A DNA stretch of 64,000 bases. Origin: an uncultured Bacteroidales bacterium. GTDB taxonomy: Bacteria; Bacteroidota; Bacteroidia; Bacteroidales; UBA3824. The notes below the pieces were generated by a model. The model saw only the letters and a list, made by a program, of their open reading frames with translations. It searched no databases and was not told the DNA's origin. Position numbers and translations under genes: made by a program. The DNA lies in the NCBI GenBank assembly GCA_946624925.1, contig CAMOSO010000072.1:84896-148895 (forward strand), read 5' to 3'. Within the stretch, counting starts at the first letter, position 1. Every line of letters starts with the position of its first letter. Shown in pieces: positions 1-10,374 of this stretch.

Positions 1-123
1 CTCGCAAACAATGATGGTTTTGCAGAGCACGAGATAAATAAAATTATTAAACTTGTAGAAGAAAATGCAAACGATTTTAGAGAACAATACAAACGCCATA
101 TCGGCAAGCGTGTTGATGATTAA
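1..123 (+). CDS. DUF4160-family protein, 3' end only (putative TA component)
   Basis: Frame 1 reads LANNDGFAEHEINKIIKLVEENANDFREQYKRHIGKRVDD*, resembling DUF4160 C-termini. It overlaps a DUF2442 gene, the usual partner. Confidence 0.65.
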   Translation, partial: LANNDGFAEHEINKIIKLVEENANDFREQYKRHIGKRVDD

Positions 124-352
124 TAATCAAGGAATTATGATTTCTGTGGCAGGAAATGACTATTTCCTATCATATAACCGAGTGCCTTGGCTGAAAGATG
201 CGACCGTGAGAAACATCCTTAATATTAAAATGTTAGGGAAAAATGCGGTTGAATGGCCTGAACTTGACGTGGATTTGGAGGTTGAAAGTCTAAAACATCC
301 TGAACGTTACCCTTTGGTAATGCGAAGAAACGAGTTTGATTACATTCAATAA
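65..352 (+). CDS. DUF2442-family protein (putative antitoxin)
   Basis: FLSYNRVPWLKDA...VEWPELDVDLEVESL motif typical of DUF2442. Confidence 0.8.
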   Translation: MQTILENNTNAISASVLMINNQGIMISVAGNDYFLSYNRVPWLKDATVRNILNIKMLGKNAVEWPELDVDLEVESLKHPERYPLVMRRNEFDYIQ

Positions 353-566
353 CTATCTTTTTCGTCAGGTAGATTGAGTGGTTTGGAAAACAAGCAAGGC
401 ATAAAAATAAATAAGGAGAGGGTAAAGACGATTATTCTTTACCTGATTTTGTAAATGTTTTGAATATTGGATTGAGAACGGATTCCTTCAAACCACAAAT
501 GGACTACGAGGAAATCAAGTTTAATATTATGAAACGGGCGTATTATCAATCGTAAAAGACAACTAA

Positions 567-1355
567 ATGGGTATAAAAGTATATCATAAGGACATTGATT
601 ACTGTAAGGACAAACGTAGAAACATTCCTGACAGCGAAAAAATTATGCACCTTAGAGAAGTGTCTTTTAGATGTCCCATATGCAGCCGTTCTATATATGG
701 TAAAAATAAGAAAGACAAAATTTATGAAATAGCACACATATTTCCACACAGTCCGACTGAACACGAAAAGGAAATATTAGATGGGGTGGAATTGTTGGGT
801 GAAGATTCTGAATCTTATGAAAATAAGATTGCTCTGTGCGAAACTTGTCATCATAAGTATGATACAGACAAAACTATTGAAGAATATAATAATTTAGTTT
901 CAATAAAGAAAAAATTATCAGTCATACAAAAAACAGATGATGAATTAGCGAGTATAAATATTGATAATGATATTGTTAAAGTTTTAGAAGTTGTAGCCAA
1001 ATTATCCGATGAAGAATTTGATAAATTGGAAAAATACAAATCTTTAAAAATTGATAACAAGATAGAGGACAAATATAGTTTGTTAAAGCGAAAAATTAAA
1101 CATTATGTCTCTGAGTATTACTTGTTTATAGAAGAACAACTCAGAAATTTAGATGAAAAGGAGAAAAAGTTTAAAATAATAGCCAATCAAATTAATACGG
1201 CATATTTAAGTTGTTGTACAGAAGATAAAGATGACGTATTTAACAACATAGTAAATTGGCTTAATTCAAAAGATGTTACGCTGAATTATGATGCGTGTGT
1301 GATTGTTGTTTCATTTTTTGTTCAAAATTGCGAGGTGTTTGATGAAGTTGCCTAA
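567..1355 (+). CDS. Lamassu/ABC-three-component effector: HNH endonuclease plus ABC-3C C-terminal domain (LmuA-like)
   Basis: CPIC...EIAHIFP...ENKIALCETCHHKYD HNH/Zn motif; C-terminal VVSFFVQNCEVF typical of ABC-3C CTDs; overlaps the next gene. Confidence 0.8.
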   Translation: MGIKVYHKDIDYCKDKRRNIPDSEKIMHLREVSFRCPICSRSIYGKNKKDKIYEIAHIFPHSPTEHEKEILDGVELLGEDSESYENKIALCETCHHKYDTDKTIEEYNNLVSIKKKLSVIQKTDDELASINIDNDIVKVLEVVAKLSDEEFDKLEKYKSLKIDNKIEDKYSLLKRKIKHYVSEYYLFIEEQLRNLDEKEKKFKIIANQINTAYLSCCTEDKDDVFNNIVNWLNSKDVTLNYDACVIVVSFFVQNCEVFDEVA

Positions 1356-1581
1356 TAAAATATATACGTACAAACAAAGTGTCATATACGATATGGTATT
1401 GATACTAAAACTAATGTCCAAGAAACCGACATTGAGTATATATGAATTGTACCAACAAGTTAAGGATAAAATTTTGATGCCCGATTTTTTGGATACGGTA
1501 TGCTGTTTGTATGCAATAGATAAAATTGAATACAATAACGAAACTAAATCAATTTGTTATGTTGAAACTAATCAAATGTGA
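1342..1581 (+). CDS. ABC-three-component middle component (LmuC-like)
   Basis: 79 aa MKLPNKIYTYKQSVI...FLDTVCCLYAIDKIEY, lying between and overlapping the effector and the ATPase. Confidence 0.75.
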   Translation: MKLPNKIYTYKQSVIYDMVLILKLMSKKPTLSIYELYQQVKDKILMPDFLDTVCCLYAIDKIEYNNETKSICYVETNQM

Positions 1582-3163
1582 TAAGTTTGTAAATCAGTCT
1601 ATTATTATATTTAATAATGGCCTGAATTGCATTTTGGGTGATGACAACGGTTCTAATTCAATCGGAAAGTCAACATCCTTGTTAGTTATTGATTATGTTT
1701 TTGGTGGGGATAAGTATGCCGAGAATAGAGAAATTCGTGATAATGTCGGCGACCATCGAATTGAATTTACATATTCGTTTAATGGAATAGATTATTCATT
1801 CCATCGAGATTTTTTGGATAAGAAACAGGTGTTTTCCTATAACGAAAACAAGTTTATTAAAATAGAAGAATTCCGCGATTGGTTGTCAAAAATGTATGAC
1901 TTATCAGTGTTGTCTATGACATTTAGAGATGCCGTTGGTGTATATTCACGTATATACGGCAAATCAACCATCAACGAAAAACAACCATTGCAATCTTTTG
2001 AAAAAGAAAGTGCTGAACCCTCTATTTTAAGACTTATCAAATTGTTTGGTAAATATTCTCTCATTTCGGAGGCAGAATTCAAGGTGAAAGATGCAAAAGA
2101 TAAATTTGAATCATTTAAAAAAGCACAAAAATATAGTTTCATCTCATCAATAAATGCAAAAACATATAGCGGAAATTTAATTAAAATCAACGAACTAAGC
2201 AAGCAATCAGAAGAATTAACAACCAAAAGCGACAATAATTTGCTTGATTTGGATTCATTTCAGTTGGAGCAAACAAAAGAGTTGGAATCTGAAAAATCTA
2301 AATTGCTAAGACAACGTGCAATTGAAAAAGCATCGCTTAGCAAATTGGAGGGCAATCTCTCTGAAATAAATACGATTAGTAAAATAGATGAAAAAGATTT
2401 AATTTCGTTTTTTCCATCCATAAATATGAAAAAACTGAAAGATATTCAAGTGTTTCATTCTGTTTTGAGAAAGAATTTGAAAAATGAGATTTCAAATTTT
2501 ATATCAGAAAAAGAGATGGTTATTTCTGTGTTGGAAGAACAAATTAATGAAATTGCTCTTAAAATCACTGAAATTACAAACAATAAGAAGACTCTTTCAA
2601 AAGTAGTTATTGGCAAACTAATTGAATTGCAGAGAGAAATTGAAAATTTGCAAAAACAAAATAAAGAATACGAACAATTGAAATCATTGAAAGACGAAGA
2701 AAACGAATGTAAGGTAGAGTATGAAAATTTATTTATGGATATTGTTAATGAGTTGGAGCATTCTATCAATACTATTTTAGAACAAGTCAGCGATGAAATA
2801 AATATTGACAAGAAAGCCCCGTCGATTCATTTTAAAGCCAAAAATAGTTATATTTTTGAAACTGATGATGACAACGGAACAGGTACAAATTTTAAAAATT
2901 TGATTTCATTTGATTTGGCCATTTTAAAATTGACTAAACTGCCGTTTTTAGTACACGATTCTGTTATGTTCAAACATATTGAAAACAATGCAATTGAAAA
3001 TATATTGACGATTTATAATAATTCACCAAAACAAATTTTTATCGCATTTGACAAATTATCCTCATATTCAAATGAAACCGCAAGAATTATAAACCAAAAC
3101 AAAGTTATGTCGTTAACTTCTAATGGTGGAGAATTATTTGGGTTTTGTTGGAACAAAAAATAA
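1559..3163 (+). CDS. SMC/Rad50-like ABC ATPase, DUF2326 (LmuB-like)
   Basis: Walker A GDDNGSNSIGKST, long coiled coil, signature DNGTG, Walker B PFLVHDS, QIFIAFD. Confidence 0.85.
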   Translation: MLKLIKCDKFVNQSIIIFNNGLNCILGDDNGSNSIGKSTSLLVIDYVFGGDKYAENREIRDNVGDHRIEFTYSFNGIDYSFHRDFLDKKQVFSYNENKFIKIEEFRDWLSKMYDLSVLSMTFRDAVGVYSRIYGKSTINEKQPLQSFEKESAEPSILRLIKLFGKYSLISEAEFKVKDAKDKFESFKKAQKYSFISSINAKTYSGNLIKINELSKQSEELTTKSDNNLLDLDSFQLEQTKELESEKSKLLRQRAIEKASLSKLEGNLSEINTISKIDEKDLISFFPSINMKKLKDIQVFHSVLRKNLKNEISNFISEKEMVISVLEEQINEIALKITEITNNKKTLSKVVIGKLIELQREIENLQKQNKEYEQLKSLKDEENECKVEYENLFMDIVNELEHSINTILEQVSDEINIDKKAPSIHFKAKNSYIFETDDDNGTGTNFKNLISFDLAILKLTKLPFLVHDSVMFKHIENNAIENILTIYNNSPKQIFIAFDKLSSYSNETARIINQNKVMSLTSNGGELFGFCWNKK

Positions 3164-3220
3164 GATTACATTTGCTTGTCAATAGCCCTTATTTTGTTTT
3201 ATCACCATACCATAACAATC

Positions 3221-3300
3221 CAAACGGTCAGCATAACTTCACCCGTCGCACCATCGCTCAACTCTCTGCCTTTTTCGGTGAGCCGTTGGTGACGGTGTGC
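3221..3300 (+). pseudogene. C-terminal remnant of a Bacteroidota XRE-type HTH protein
   Basis: NGQHNFTRRTIAQLSAFFGEPLV resembles the GxHNFTxxTIxxLxxxxGEPL tail of these HTH proteins; no plausible N-terminus. Confidence 0.5.
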
Positions 3301-3371
3301 TTTTTCTTTTCTGCCTTTTTTATTGCAAAAAAAAATACCTTTGCGAAGTGTTAAACAAAAGTTTTCTTCTT

Positions 3372-3431
3372 TTTGTGAAAATTTACACTCCTTTTGTGAA
3401 ACTAATTTCTGATAAATAACGGTTATCTTTG
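3372..3431 (+). promoter_or_regulatory. Direct-repeat operator (TTTGTGAAA x2, 21-bp period) plus -7 box TATCTTTG
   Basis: Repeats at 3372 and 3393, -7 box at 3424; same geometry at 5551 and 13170. Confidence 0.7.
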
Positions 3432-3456
3432 CATCAGAAATTAAAACTGAAATGTT

Positions 3457-4047
3457 ATGAAATTAAAATCAATCCTCGCAGCCTTGATTGCACTGTTTAC
3501 CGTGTCGGGCTGCAATTCGCAAACCGTTAAAAACACAGGCAATATGAAAAATTCAATCGTAATCTTCTTCTCCCACGCGGGCGACAATTACTCGGTGGGC
3601 AACATCGAGGTTGGCAACACAAAAATCGTTGCCGACTACATCTCCGAACTCACCGGCGCGGCTCAGTACGAAATCGTTACCCACAAGTACGACGGAATGG
3701 CTTACAACCCGCTCATCCAACTCGCCAAGGAGGAGGCCAACAAGGGCGAACTTCCGCCATACGAAGGCTCTGCACCCGACCTCTCCAAGTACGACACAGT
3801 GTTTATCGGCGGACCCGTTTGGTGGGGAACTTATCCGCAAGTGATGTTCACGCTTTTCAAGGACATCAACCTTGACGGCAAAACCGTCTATCCCTTCACC
3901 ACCCACGAAGGCAGCGGCCTTGCAAACTGCGTCAGCGACGTCAAGAAAGCCTTCCCAAAAGCCAACGTTCAAAAAGGTTTCTCAATCTACGGCCACGAGG
4001 TAAGGACTGAGAAAGCAAAGGTGGAGAAATGGATAAAAGGATTGTAA
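3457..4047 (+). CDS. Flavodoxin (lipoprotein signal peptide)
   Basis: FFSHAG...GNTK, VFIGGPVWWG, FTTHEGSG; VSGC lipobox. Confidence 0.85.
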   Translation: MKLKSILAALIALFTVSGCNSQTVKNTGNMKNSIVIFFSHAGDNYSVGNIEVGNTKIVADYISELTGAAQYEIVTHKYDGMAYNPLIQLAKEEANKGELPPYEGSAPDLSKYDTVFIGGPVWWGTYPQVMFTLFKDINLDGKTVYPFTTHEGSGLANCVSDVKKAFPKANVQKGFSIYGHEVRTEKAKVEKWIKGL

Positions 4048-4068
4048 AATAACTAATTAGCGACAATT

Positions 4069-4914
4069 ATGCAAACAATAAAACTCAACAATGGCGTAGA
4101 AATGCCACTCTTGGGCTATGGTGTTTTCCAAGTACCGCCCAAAGATGCCGAAAGATGCGTAACCGACGCATTGTCAGTTGGTTATCGACTGATAGACACC
4201 GCACAAGCGTATTACAACGAGGAAGGCGTTGGCGCAGCAATTACGAAATCGGGTGTCAACCGCGAAGACATTTTCCTTGTTACAAAAGTCTGGATATCTA
4301 ACGCAGGCGAGGAAAAAGCCGCCAAATCTATTGACGAAAGCCTGCGCAAACTGCAAACCAACTATATCGACCTTTTGCTTATCCATCAGGCTTATGGCGA
4401 CGTTTTTGGCACGTGGAGGGCGATGCAAAAAGCCTACAAGGCGGGCAAGGTCCGCGCAATTGGCGTGTCAAACTTTCAGGCGGCAAGGTTTTTCGACTTT
4501 GCGCATTATGTGGACATCAAGCCGATGGTCAACCAATTGCAGTGCAACGTGTTAATCCAACAGAACGGCATTGAGCCAATCCTCAAAGAAACCGACACTA
4601 AGGTGATGGCATGGGGACCGCTCGGAGGTCAGGGCGTGGACGGAATCGTCAAAAGCAAACCCCTTGCGCAAATCGGCAAAAAATACGGCAAGACCGCCGC
4701 ACAGGTTGCGCTCCGTTGGCTGACTCAACGTGGTATTGTCGCCATTCCAAAATCCACACACAAGGAACGCATGGAGCAAAATTTCAATATCTTTGATTTT
4801 GCCCTTACCGACGACGAAATGAAGGCCATCGCCACTCTCAATCAGCACGATGCGGGAACGGTGAATTTCGCCGACCCACAATTTGTGAAATATCTGATAG
4901 AAACTTACGGATAA
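4069..4914 (+). CDS. Aldo/keto reductase
   Basis: LNNGVEMPLLGYG, IDTAQAY, DLLLIH, IGVSNF, IPKS motifs. Confidence 0.93.
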   Translation: MQTIKLNNGVEMPLLGYGVFQVPPKDAERCVTDALSVGYRLIDTAQAYYNEEGVGAAITKSGVNREDIFLVTKVWISNAGEEKAAKSIDESLRKLQTNYIDLLLIHQAYGDVFGTWRAMQKAYKAGKVRAIGVSNFQAARFFDFAHYVDIKPMVNQLQCNVLIQQNGIEPILKETDTKVMAWGPLGGQGVDGIVKSKPLAQIGKKYGKTAAQVALRWLTQRGIVAIPKSTHKERMEQNFNIFDFALTDDEMKAIATLNQHDAGTVNFADPQFVKYLIETYG

Positions 4915-4946
4915 TCAAACGGTTCAACATATTAAAAATCAACAAT

Positions 4947-5531
4947 ATGGAATACCCAAAAGGATATGTCTATCAACTGATGGACAACGGCGGACCTACC
5001 GACGTAAGAGAGCCGTACTTCAATGAAGCGGTTGACGAAATGATGCGTTCGCGCAAACTCTGCGCCATCGCAAACGCCAAAATGCCCGACGACGAAAGTT
5101 ATGTTACTGATTTGGAGCAACTTTTTGGTCGCCGACTCAACGGCATAAGAATCCTCACGCCGTTTATCTGCGATTTTGGAAACCGCGTTACCTTTGGCGA
5201 CAACGTTTTCATCAACCACTCGGCAATCCTGAGCGCATCGGGCGGCATTGAGTTTGAAGACGGCGTGTCGGTGGCTCCGGGCGTGCGCATCGCCACAATA
5301 AACCACGACTTCAACGAGCGGCACACCAAATACACATACGGCAAAGTAACCATCAAAAAGAATGCGTGGATTGGCATGAACGTAACCATCTGTCCCGGCG
5401 TATCGATTGGCAAATATGCAGTTGTGGCAGCCGGTGCAGTAGTTACCAAAGATGTGCCCGATTACGCCGTTGTGGGCGGCTGCCCTGCCAAAGTCATCAA
5501 AATGCAAGATCCAGAGAAACAGAAGGAGTAA
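4947..5531 (+). CDS. Sugar O-acetyltransferase (hexapeptide repeat)
   Basis: PFICDFG, AWIGMNVTICPGVSIG, AGAVVTKDVP, GGCPAK. Confidence 0.88.
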   Translation: MEYPKGYVYQLMDNGGPTDVREPYFNEAVDEMMRSRKLCAIANAKMPDDESYVTDLEQLFGRRLNGIRILTPFICDFGNRVTFGDNVFINHSAILSASGGIEFEDGVSVAPGVRIATINHDFNERHTKYTYGKVTIKKNAWIGMNVTICPGVSIGKYAVVAAGAVVTKDVPDYAVVGGCPAKVIKMQDPEKQKE

Positions 5532-5550
5532 TTTTCCAATTTTTCTCCCA

Positions 5551-5610
5551 TTTGTGAAATTTTCCGCTCCTTTTGTAAAACTATCGTCTAAAAACTAACA
5601 ACTATATTTG
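5551..5610 (+). promoter_or_regulatory. Direct-repeat operator plus -7 box TATATTTG
   Basis: TTTGTGAAA at 5551, TTTGTAAAA at 5572, TATATTTG at 5603. Confidence 0.7.
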
Positions 5611-5648
5611 CAGTGTAAAAATTCCAAAAACATAAAACCACAACAAAA

Positions 5649-6173
5649 ATGACAGAATTTCGTGTAGATCCGCGGCAGACCACGGCAGAAGAACGCGCCG
5701 AGGGTGTGCGTCAGGCGCAGGTGCTTTTCAAACTCAACCACACAATGCCTTTCACCGACGAGTACAACGCCTTGGTGGGCGAACTTTTTGGCAAAAACAT
5801 CGGCGAAAACGTATTTTTGCAGACACCGCTCAAAGGCGTTTGCTTCGACCAAGTGAAAATTGGCAACAATGTTTTCATAATGCCCGACTGCCTGATGATG
5901 TCGCGCGGTGGCATCACCATCGAAGACAACGTAATGATAGCCGCCAACGCTCAGTTAATCAGCAACAACCATGACCTTCACGACCGACAGATTCTCATCT
6001 GCAAGCCCGTCCGTATCTGCCGTAACGCTTGGATAGGCGCAGGTGCAACCATTCTGCCCGGCGTAACAGTGGGCGAAAACGCTGTGGTGGCTGCGGGTGC
6101 GGTTGTTACCAAAGATGTTGCCCCAAACACCATCGTAGGCGGCAATCCGGCTAAGTTTATCAAGAATGTTTAG
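5649..6173 (+). CDS. Sugar O-acetyltransferase (hexapeptide repeat)
   Basis: AWIGAGATILPGVTVGENAVVAAGAVVTKDV, GGNPAK. Confidence 0.88.
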   Translation: MTEFRVDPRQTTAEERAEGVRQAQVLFKLNHTMPFTDEYNALVGELFGKNIGENVFLQTPLKGVCFDQVKIGNNVFIMPDCLMMSRGGITIEDNVMIAANAQLISNNHDLHDRQILICKPVRICRNAWIGAGATILPGVTVGENAVVAAGAVVTKDVAPNTIVGGNPAKFIKNV

Positions 6174-6204
6174 CCCAAGAGGAAAAGAAGGAATAAACAA
6201 GATG

Positions 6205-6335
6205 AATAACTTTTTCAGTTGGTTAGTGTCGCTAACCAACTGAGGTTTTTCGGTTTTTAGTTAGAGTTGGCATCATTCTCCCCACACTTCACGGTCGTTG
6301 AAAAAACGGATTGATATTTTGTGCTTGTCAGACAT
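6205..6335 (-). pseudogene. Internally deleted N-terminal remnant of a Bro-N-like/Fic-family gene
   Basis: MSDKHKISIRFFNDREVWGE* followed, out of frame, by LKTEKPQLVSDTNQLK; both match the N-terminus of Bacteroidota Fic proteins as I recall it. Own -7 box TATCTTTG at 6368-6361. Confidence 0.6.
6215..6250 (+). terminator. 12-bp hairpin plus T tract; probable terminator of the acetyltransferase gene
   Basis: TCAGTTGGTTAG tgtcg CTAACCAACTGA ggTTTTT. Confidence 0.55.
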
Positions 6336-6558
6336 CCTTTGATTGTATTTTTCTTGATGACAAAGATATGGTTTTTCTTCGATGTTTTCAAAGACTTTTT
6401 GTCAAAAACCCTCCAAAGAACGTGAACGCCTAATATTTAACGAGATTTCGATAGTTGGTAGAGAACTTGTTTAATAAAATTCTTGAACGATACTTTATTG
6501 AAAAAAATTTTTTAGGTCAGTTTTTTTTTGTAATTTCGCAACAAAATAGAAAACACAA

Positions 6559-7512
6559 ATGAGCGACCTCAGCAATAATCAAGGCAGAGCCTACGAATTT
6601 GTCTGTTTGAACGCACTTTATGAAGAAATAAGTAAGTTTCGAAGTGCGCAAATAGTCATAAATAGTAGTTTCCACGCCGCACAAAAAGCATACAACACGC
6701 TTTCAAGCGTGGAAAAGGCACTTTACAAACAAAGTGCCTTGGCAATGATTCCATCCATTTTTGACTGCGAGCCAAGAATGATTGAGAAGGATGACGATGT
6801 TATCCAACTTTTCATTCAAAAGGACGAGGCAGGAAAGGCTGGCGACGTCCGAGATATAATCATTGTTAGGAATGATATTGAATGGGAAATTGGTCTTAGC
6901 ATTAAACACAATCATTTTGCAGTAAAACACAGTCGTTTATCTGCAACCATTGATTTCGGTGAAAAATGGTATGGCGTTAAGTGTTCCGATCAATATTGGG
7001 CAGATGTTAATCCAATTTTTGAATACCTCGAAGAGGAAAAGAATAAGAATACGAAATTTAGCGAGTTGCCTGACAAAGATAATGATGTTTATAAACCATT
7101 GGTTCAAGCGTTTATAAACGAAATAAAACGTCAATGTGATATCAACAGTAGTATTCCACAAAAGTTGGTTGAGTATTTGTTGAGCAAATTTGATTTTTAT
7201 AAAATCATAAGCATTGACGCAAAAAAGGAAACACAAATCCAATCCTACAATATTCACGGCACATTAAATGCTCCTGCAAAATGCATTAAACCGAAAATTG
7301 AAATCCCTATTGCCACCTTACCCAAAAGGATAATCAGTCTGGATTTTATGCCCGACAGAAGTAATACTGCCGAGATGTATTTAGATGGAGGATGGTATTT
7401 TACTTTTCGCATTCATAATGCAGAAACTTTCGTAAAACCATCGTTAAAATTTGACATTCAGATTGCAGGATTGCCAATTACAATAATAACTATAAATTGC
7501 ATTTGGAAATAA
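6559..7512 (+). CDS. HaeIII-family type II restriction endonuclease (likely GGCC)
   Basis: [11 protein letters not shown]-terminus, GDVRDI...[25 protein letters not shown]...PSLKFDIQ. Confidence 0.88.
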   Translation: MSDLSNNQGRAYEFVCLNALYEEISKFRSAQIVINSSFHAAQKAYNTLSSVEKALYKQSALAMIPSIFDCEPRMIEKDDDVIQLFIQKDEAGKAGDVRDIIIVRNDIEWEIGLSIKHNHFAVKHSRLSATIDFGEKWYGVKCSDQYWADVNPIFEYLEEEKNKNTKFSELPDKDNDVYKPLVQAFINEIKRQCDINSSIPQKLVEYLLSKFDFYKIISIDAKKETQIQSYNIHGTLNAPAKCIKPKIEIPIATLPKRIISLDFMPDRSNTAEMYLDGGWYFTFRIHNAETFVKPSLKFDIQIAGLPITIITINCIWK

Positions 7513-7513
7513 A

Positions 7514-8515
7514 ATGAAGATAATAAGCCTTTTCAGTGGTGCGGGTGGTTTGGATTTGGGTTTTCATAAAGCCGGATTCCATACCATAATCGCCAATGAA
7601 TATGACAAACAAATTTGCCCGACATTCAGGGTTAATTTCCCTGAAACAGAACTACTTGACGATGATATTCGCAAAATAAGCGAAGATAAATTTCCAAAAG
7701 ATATTATTGGCATTATTGGAGGCCCCCCGTGTCAATCGTGGAGTGAAGCGGGTTCGTTGAAAGGCATCGAAGATGCCCGAGGTCAATTATTTTATGAATA
7801 TATCCGCATATTGAAAACAACACAACCTTTGTTTTTTGTTGCGGAAAACGTTTCGGGAATGCTCGCCGCTCGTCATTCCGAGGCGGTGAAGGGTTTTATG
7901 CAACTTTTTGACGACGCAGGCTATGATGTTTACCTCAAAATGCTTAATGCCAACGATTTTGACGTACCCGAAGACCGTGATAGAGTGTTTTATATTGGTT
8001 TTCGTAAAGATTTAAAAATCAATGATTTTGAATATCCGAAACCATTGGAGCACAAACCAACTTTGCGAGAAGCAATTTGGGATTTGAAAGACAATGCGAT
8101 TCCCGCCCTTGTTCACAACAAGACTAACGGAGACAAATGCCAAGTGCCTAACCACGAGTATTTTATTGGTAGTTATTCGCCGATATTTATGTCGAGAAAT
8201 CGTGTTAGGCAGTGGGACGAACCCGGTTTTACAGTACAAGCGAGTGGTCGTCAATGCCAACTCCATCCACAAGCCCCGAAAATGATAAAAATAGAAAAAA
8301 ATAAACAAATTTTTGTCCCCGGCAAGGAGAATTTGTATCGTCGAATGACGGTGCGAGAAGTGGCAAGAGTTCAGACGTTTCCCGATGATTTTAAATTCAT
8401 CTATGATGATGTGAATATCGGGTACAAAATGATAGGAAACGCGGTGCCTGTCAATTTGGCGTATCACGTTGCAAATCAGATAAAAAACACGTTGAAAAAG
8501 TACAAAGCAATATGA
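7514..8515 (+). CDS. DNA (cytosine-5) methyltransferase, M.HaeIII-like
   Basis: [18 protein letters not shown]; [14 protein letters not shown]...[16 protein letters not shown] essentially as in M.HaeIII; GNAVP. Confidence 0.93.
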   Translation: MKIISLFSGAGGLDLGFHKAGFHTIIANEYDKQICPTFRVNFPETELLDDDIRKISEDKFPKDIIGIIGGPPCQSWSEAGSLKGIEDARGQLFYEYIRILKTTQPLFFVAENVSGMLAARHSEAVKGFMQLFDDAGYDVYLKMLNANDFDVPEDRDRVFYIGFRKDLKINDFEYPKPLEHKPTLREAIWDLKDNAIPALVHNKTNGDKCQVPNHEYFIGSYSPIFMSRNRVRQWDEPGFTVQASGRQCQLHPQAPKMIKIEKNKQIFVPGKENLYRRMTVREVARVQTFPDDFKFIYDDVNIGYKMIGNAVPVNLAYHVANQIKNTLKKYKAI

Positions 8516-9495
8516 AAGTTTGTTCTTTTTTCAGCGGTTGCGGCGGCTTGGATTTAGGCTTTACAAGGGCAGGTTTTGACGTTGTTTGGGCAAATGATTT
8601 TGACAAATCAGTTGAACAGACATATCAATTTAACCACCCTAAAACTCAATTTGTATCCGCAGACATCCGCACAATTAAGACAGACGAAATTCCTGATTGT
8701 GATGGCTTTATAGGCGGTCCACCTTGCCAAGCGTGGAGCGAAGGTGGCAAAAATTTAGGTCTGAAAGATGACCGAGGTAAGGTGTTCCTTGATTACATTC
8801 GATTAATCAAAGAAAAAAAGCCGTCGTTTTTTGTCATAGAAAATGTTGAAGGCATATTGTCTGAAACACACATCGGGACACTCAATTATTTTATTTCCGA
8901 ATTGGAAAATGCCGATTATGATGTTACGTATGCTTTATTAAATGCAAAAGATTTTAAAATTCCACAAGATAGAAAACGCATTATTATTGTTGGGATTGTT
9001 AATCAACTTGATACATTTTGTCTTTTCCCAAATCCTACCACAGAAAAGCCAATTACACTACGACAAGCAATTGGCGGTATTAAGGAAGAACCACGTTTTT
9101 ATTCTGACAATCAAATAGTTAATCAACAATATGACAAGTATCTAAACCACGATGTCTATATTGGAAATTTTGATGCAAAATATATGTCAAGGAATCGTGT
9201 CCGTTCTTGGGATGAGGTTTCTTTCACAATACAAGCCCAAGCCAAAAACGAACCGTTACATCCGCAAGCCCCTAAAATGGAATTTGTTTCGTATAACCAA
9301 AGGATTTTTGCCAAAGGTTACGAACATTTGTATAGGCGTTTGAGTGTTAGAGAATGTGCGAGAATACAAACTTTCCCCGATTCGTTTAGGTTTATATACA
9401 CTGATGTCAAAGACGGTTATAAAATGGTTGGCAACGCTGTTCCACCAAGATTAGCGGAAATAATAGCAAAAAGAATAATGAAAATATTAAAATAA
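8512..9495 (+). CDS. Second DNA (cytosine-5) methyltransferase, HaeIII-related with altered TRD
   Basis: [29 protein letters not shown]...[22 protein letters not shown]; ATGA overlap with the first MTase. Confidence 0.9.
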   Translation: MKVCSFFSGCGGLDLGFTRAGFDVVWANDFDKSVEQTYQFNHPKTQFVSADIRTIKTDEIPDCDGFIGGPPCQAWSEGGKNLGLKDDRGKVFLDYIRLIKEKKPSFFVIENVEGILSETHIGTLNYFISELENADYDVTYALLNAKDFKIPQDRKRIIIVGIVNQLDTFCLFPNPTTEKPITLRQAIGGIKEEPRFYSDNQIVNQQYDKYLNHDVYIGNFDAKYMSRNRVRSWDEVSFTIQAQAKNEPLHPQAPKMEFVSYNQRIFAKGYEHLYRRLSVRECARIQTFPDSFRFIYTDVKDGYKMVGNAVPPRLAEIIAKRIMKILK

Positions 9496-9723
9496 ATAGC
9501 AAACGCTAAGTTTTACAATATGTTAGTTTATATTTCACATCGGTTGCCCGACGCTTTTTTTGTTCATTGTTCGTGTTTTTAGTTTGTACAACGTGGCAAA
9601 ATTATAAAAAATTCTGCATTGATGAAAGGTTTTTGCTAAAAAAATTATTTCGGTCTTTCCATAAAATCCAAATTTTTCCTTATCTTCGCCCTCACAAACC
9701 AACCCCAAAAAATCGCAAAAATT

Positions 9724-10374
9724 ATGAAAGCATTATTCATCAACGGCAGTCCGCGAAAGAATGGCAACACTGCAAAACTTTTGAAACGGGCAATGGAAGG
9801 CGCGGCTGAGGCGGGCGCAGAAACCGAATTGATTAACCTTTACGACCGAAGCCTGAATTTCAAGGGCTGTATGAGTTGTTTCGCCTGCAAATTGAAAGGC
9901 GGCAAAAAGGGCATCTGCACTTTCAAAGACGATTTGCAGCCCATACTCGAAAAGGCTGTCGCCACCGACGTGCTTATCTGCGGCTCGCCAAACTATTGCG
10001 GCTACCCGACGGCAATGATGCGCGCTTTTATGGAGCGGTTGGAGTTTCCCACGGTCAACTATTCCGACTATACCAAACCGTTGGTTATCAAAAAGATACA
10101 TTCTGCCACAATCTACACAATGAACTGTCCCGACGAGACTGTTTACAAGCAAATGAATTATGATATTCTGATGGACAACAGCGCAAATCAACTCGGCGTA
10201 TTTGGTCCAACGGAGATTTTGCGCTCATTCGACACCTACCAATTCTCTAACTACGACCGTTATGATGCCGCCACATTCAGCGAGCCTCACAAGGCACAAG
10301 TGCGCGACACGCAGTTTCAGCAAGACCTCAACAAGGCTTACGAACTCGGCAAAAGATTGTGTGAGGAGGGTTAA
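9724..10374 (+). CDS. Flavodoxin-family/iron-sulfur flavoprotein (NADPH-dependent FMN reductase fold)
   Basis: INGSPRKNGNT, GCMSCFACK...C, GSPNY. Confidence 0.88.
   Translation: MKALFINGSPRKNGNTAKLLKRAMEGAAEAGAETELINLYDRSLNFKGCMSCFACKLKGGKKGICTFKDDLQPILEKAVATDVLICGSPNYCGYPTAMMRAFMERLEFPTVNYSDYTKPLVIKKIHSATIYTMNCPDETVYKQMNYDILMDNSANQLGVFGPTEILRSFDTYQFSNYDRYDAATFSEPHKAQVRDTQFQQDLNKAYELGKRLCEEG

Noticed and set aside
3145-3354. 69-aa ORF as a fourth Lamassu gene
   Set aside because: TTG start inside the ATPase gene and low-complexity ends; only the middle resembles an HTH remnant
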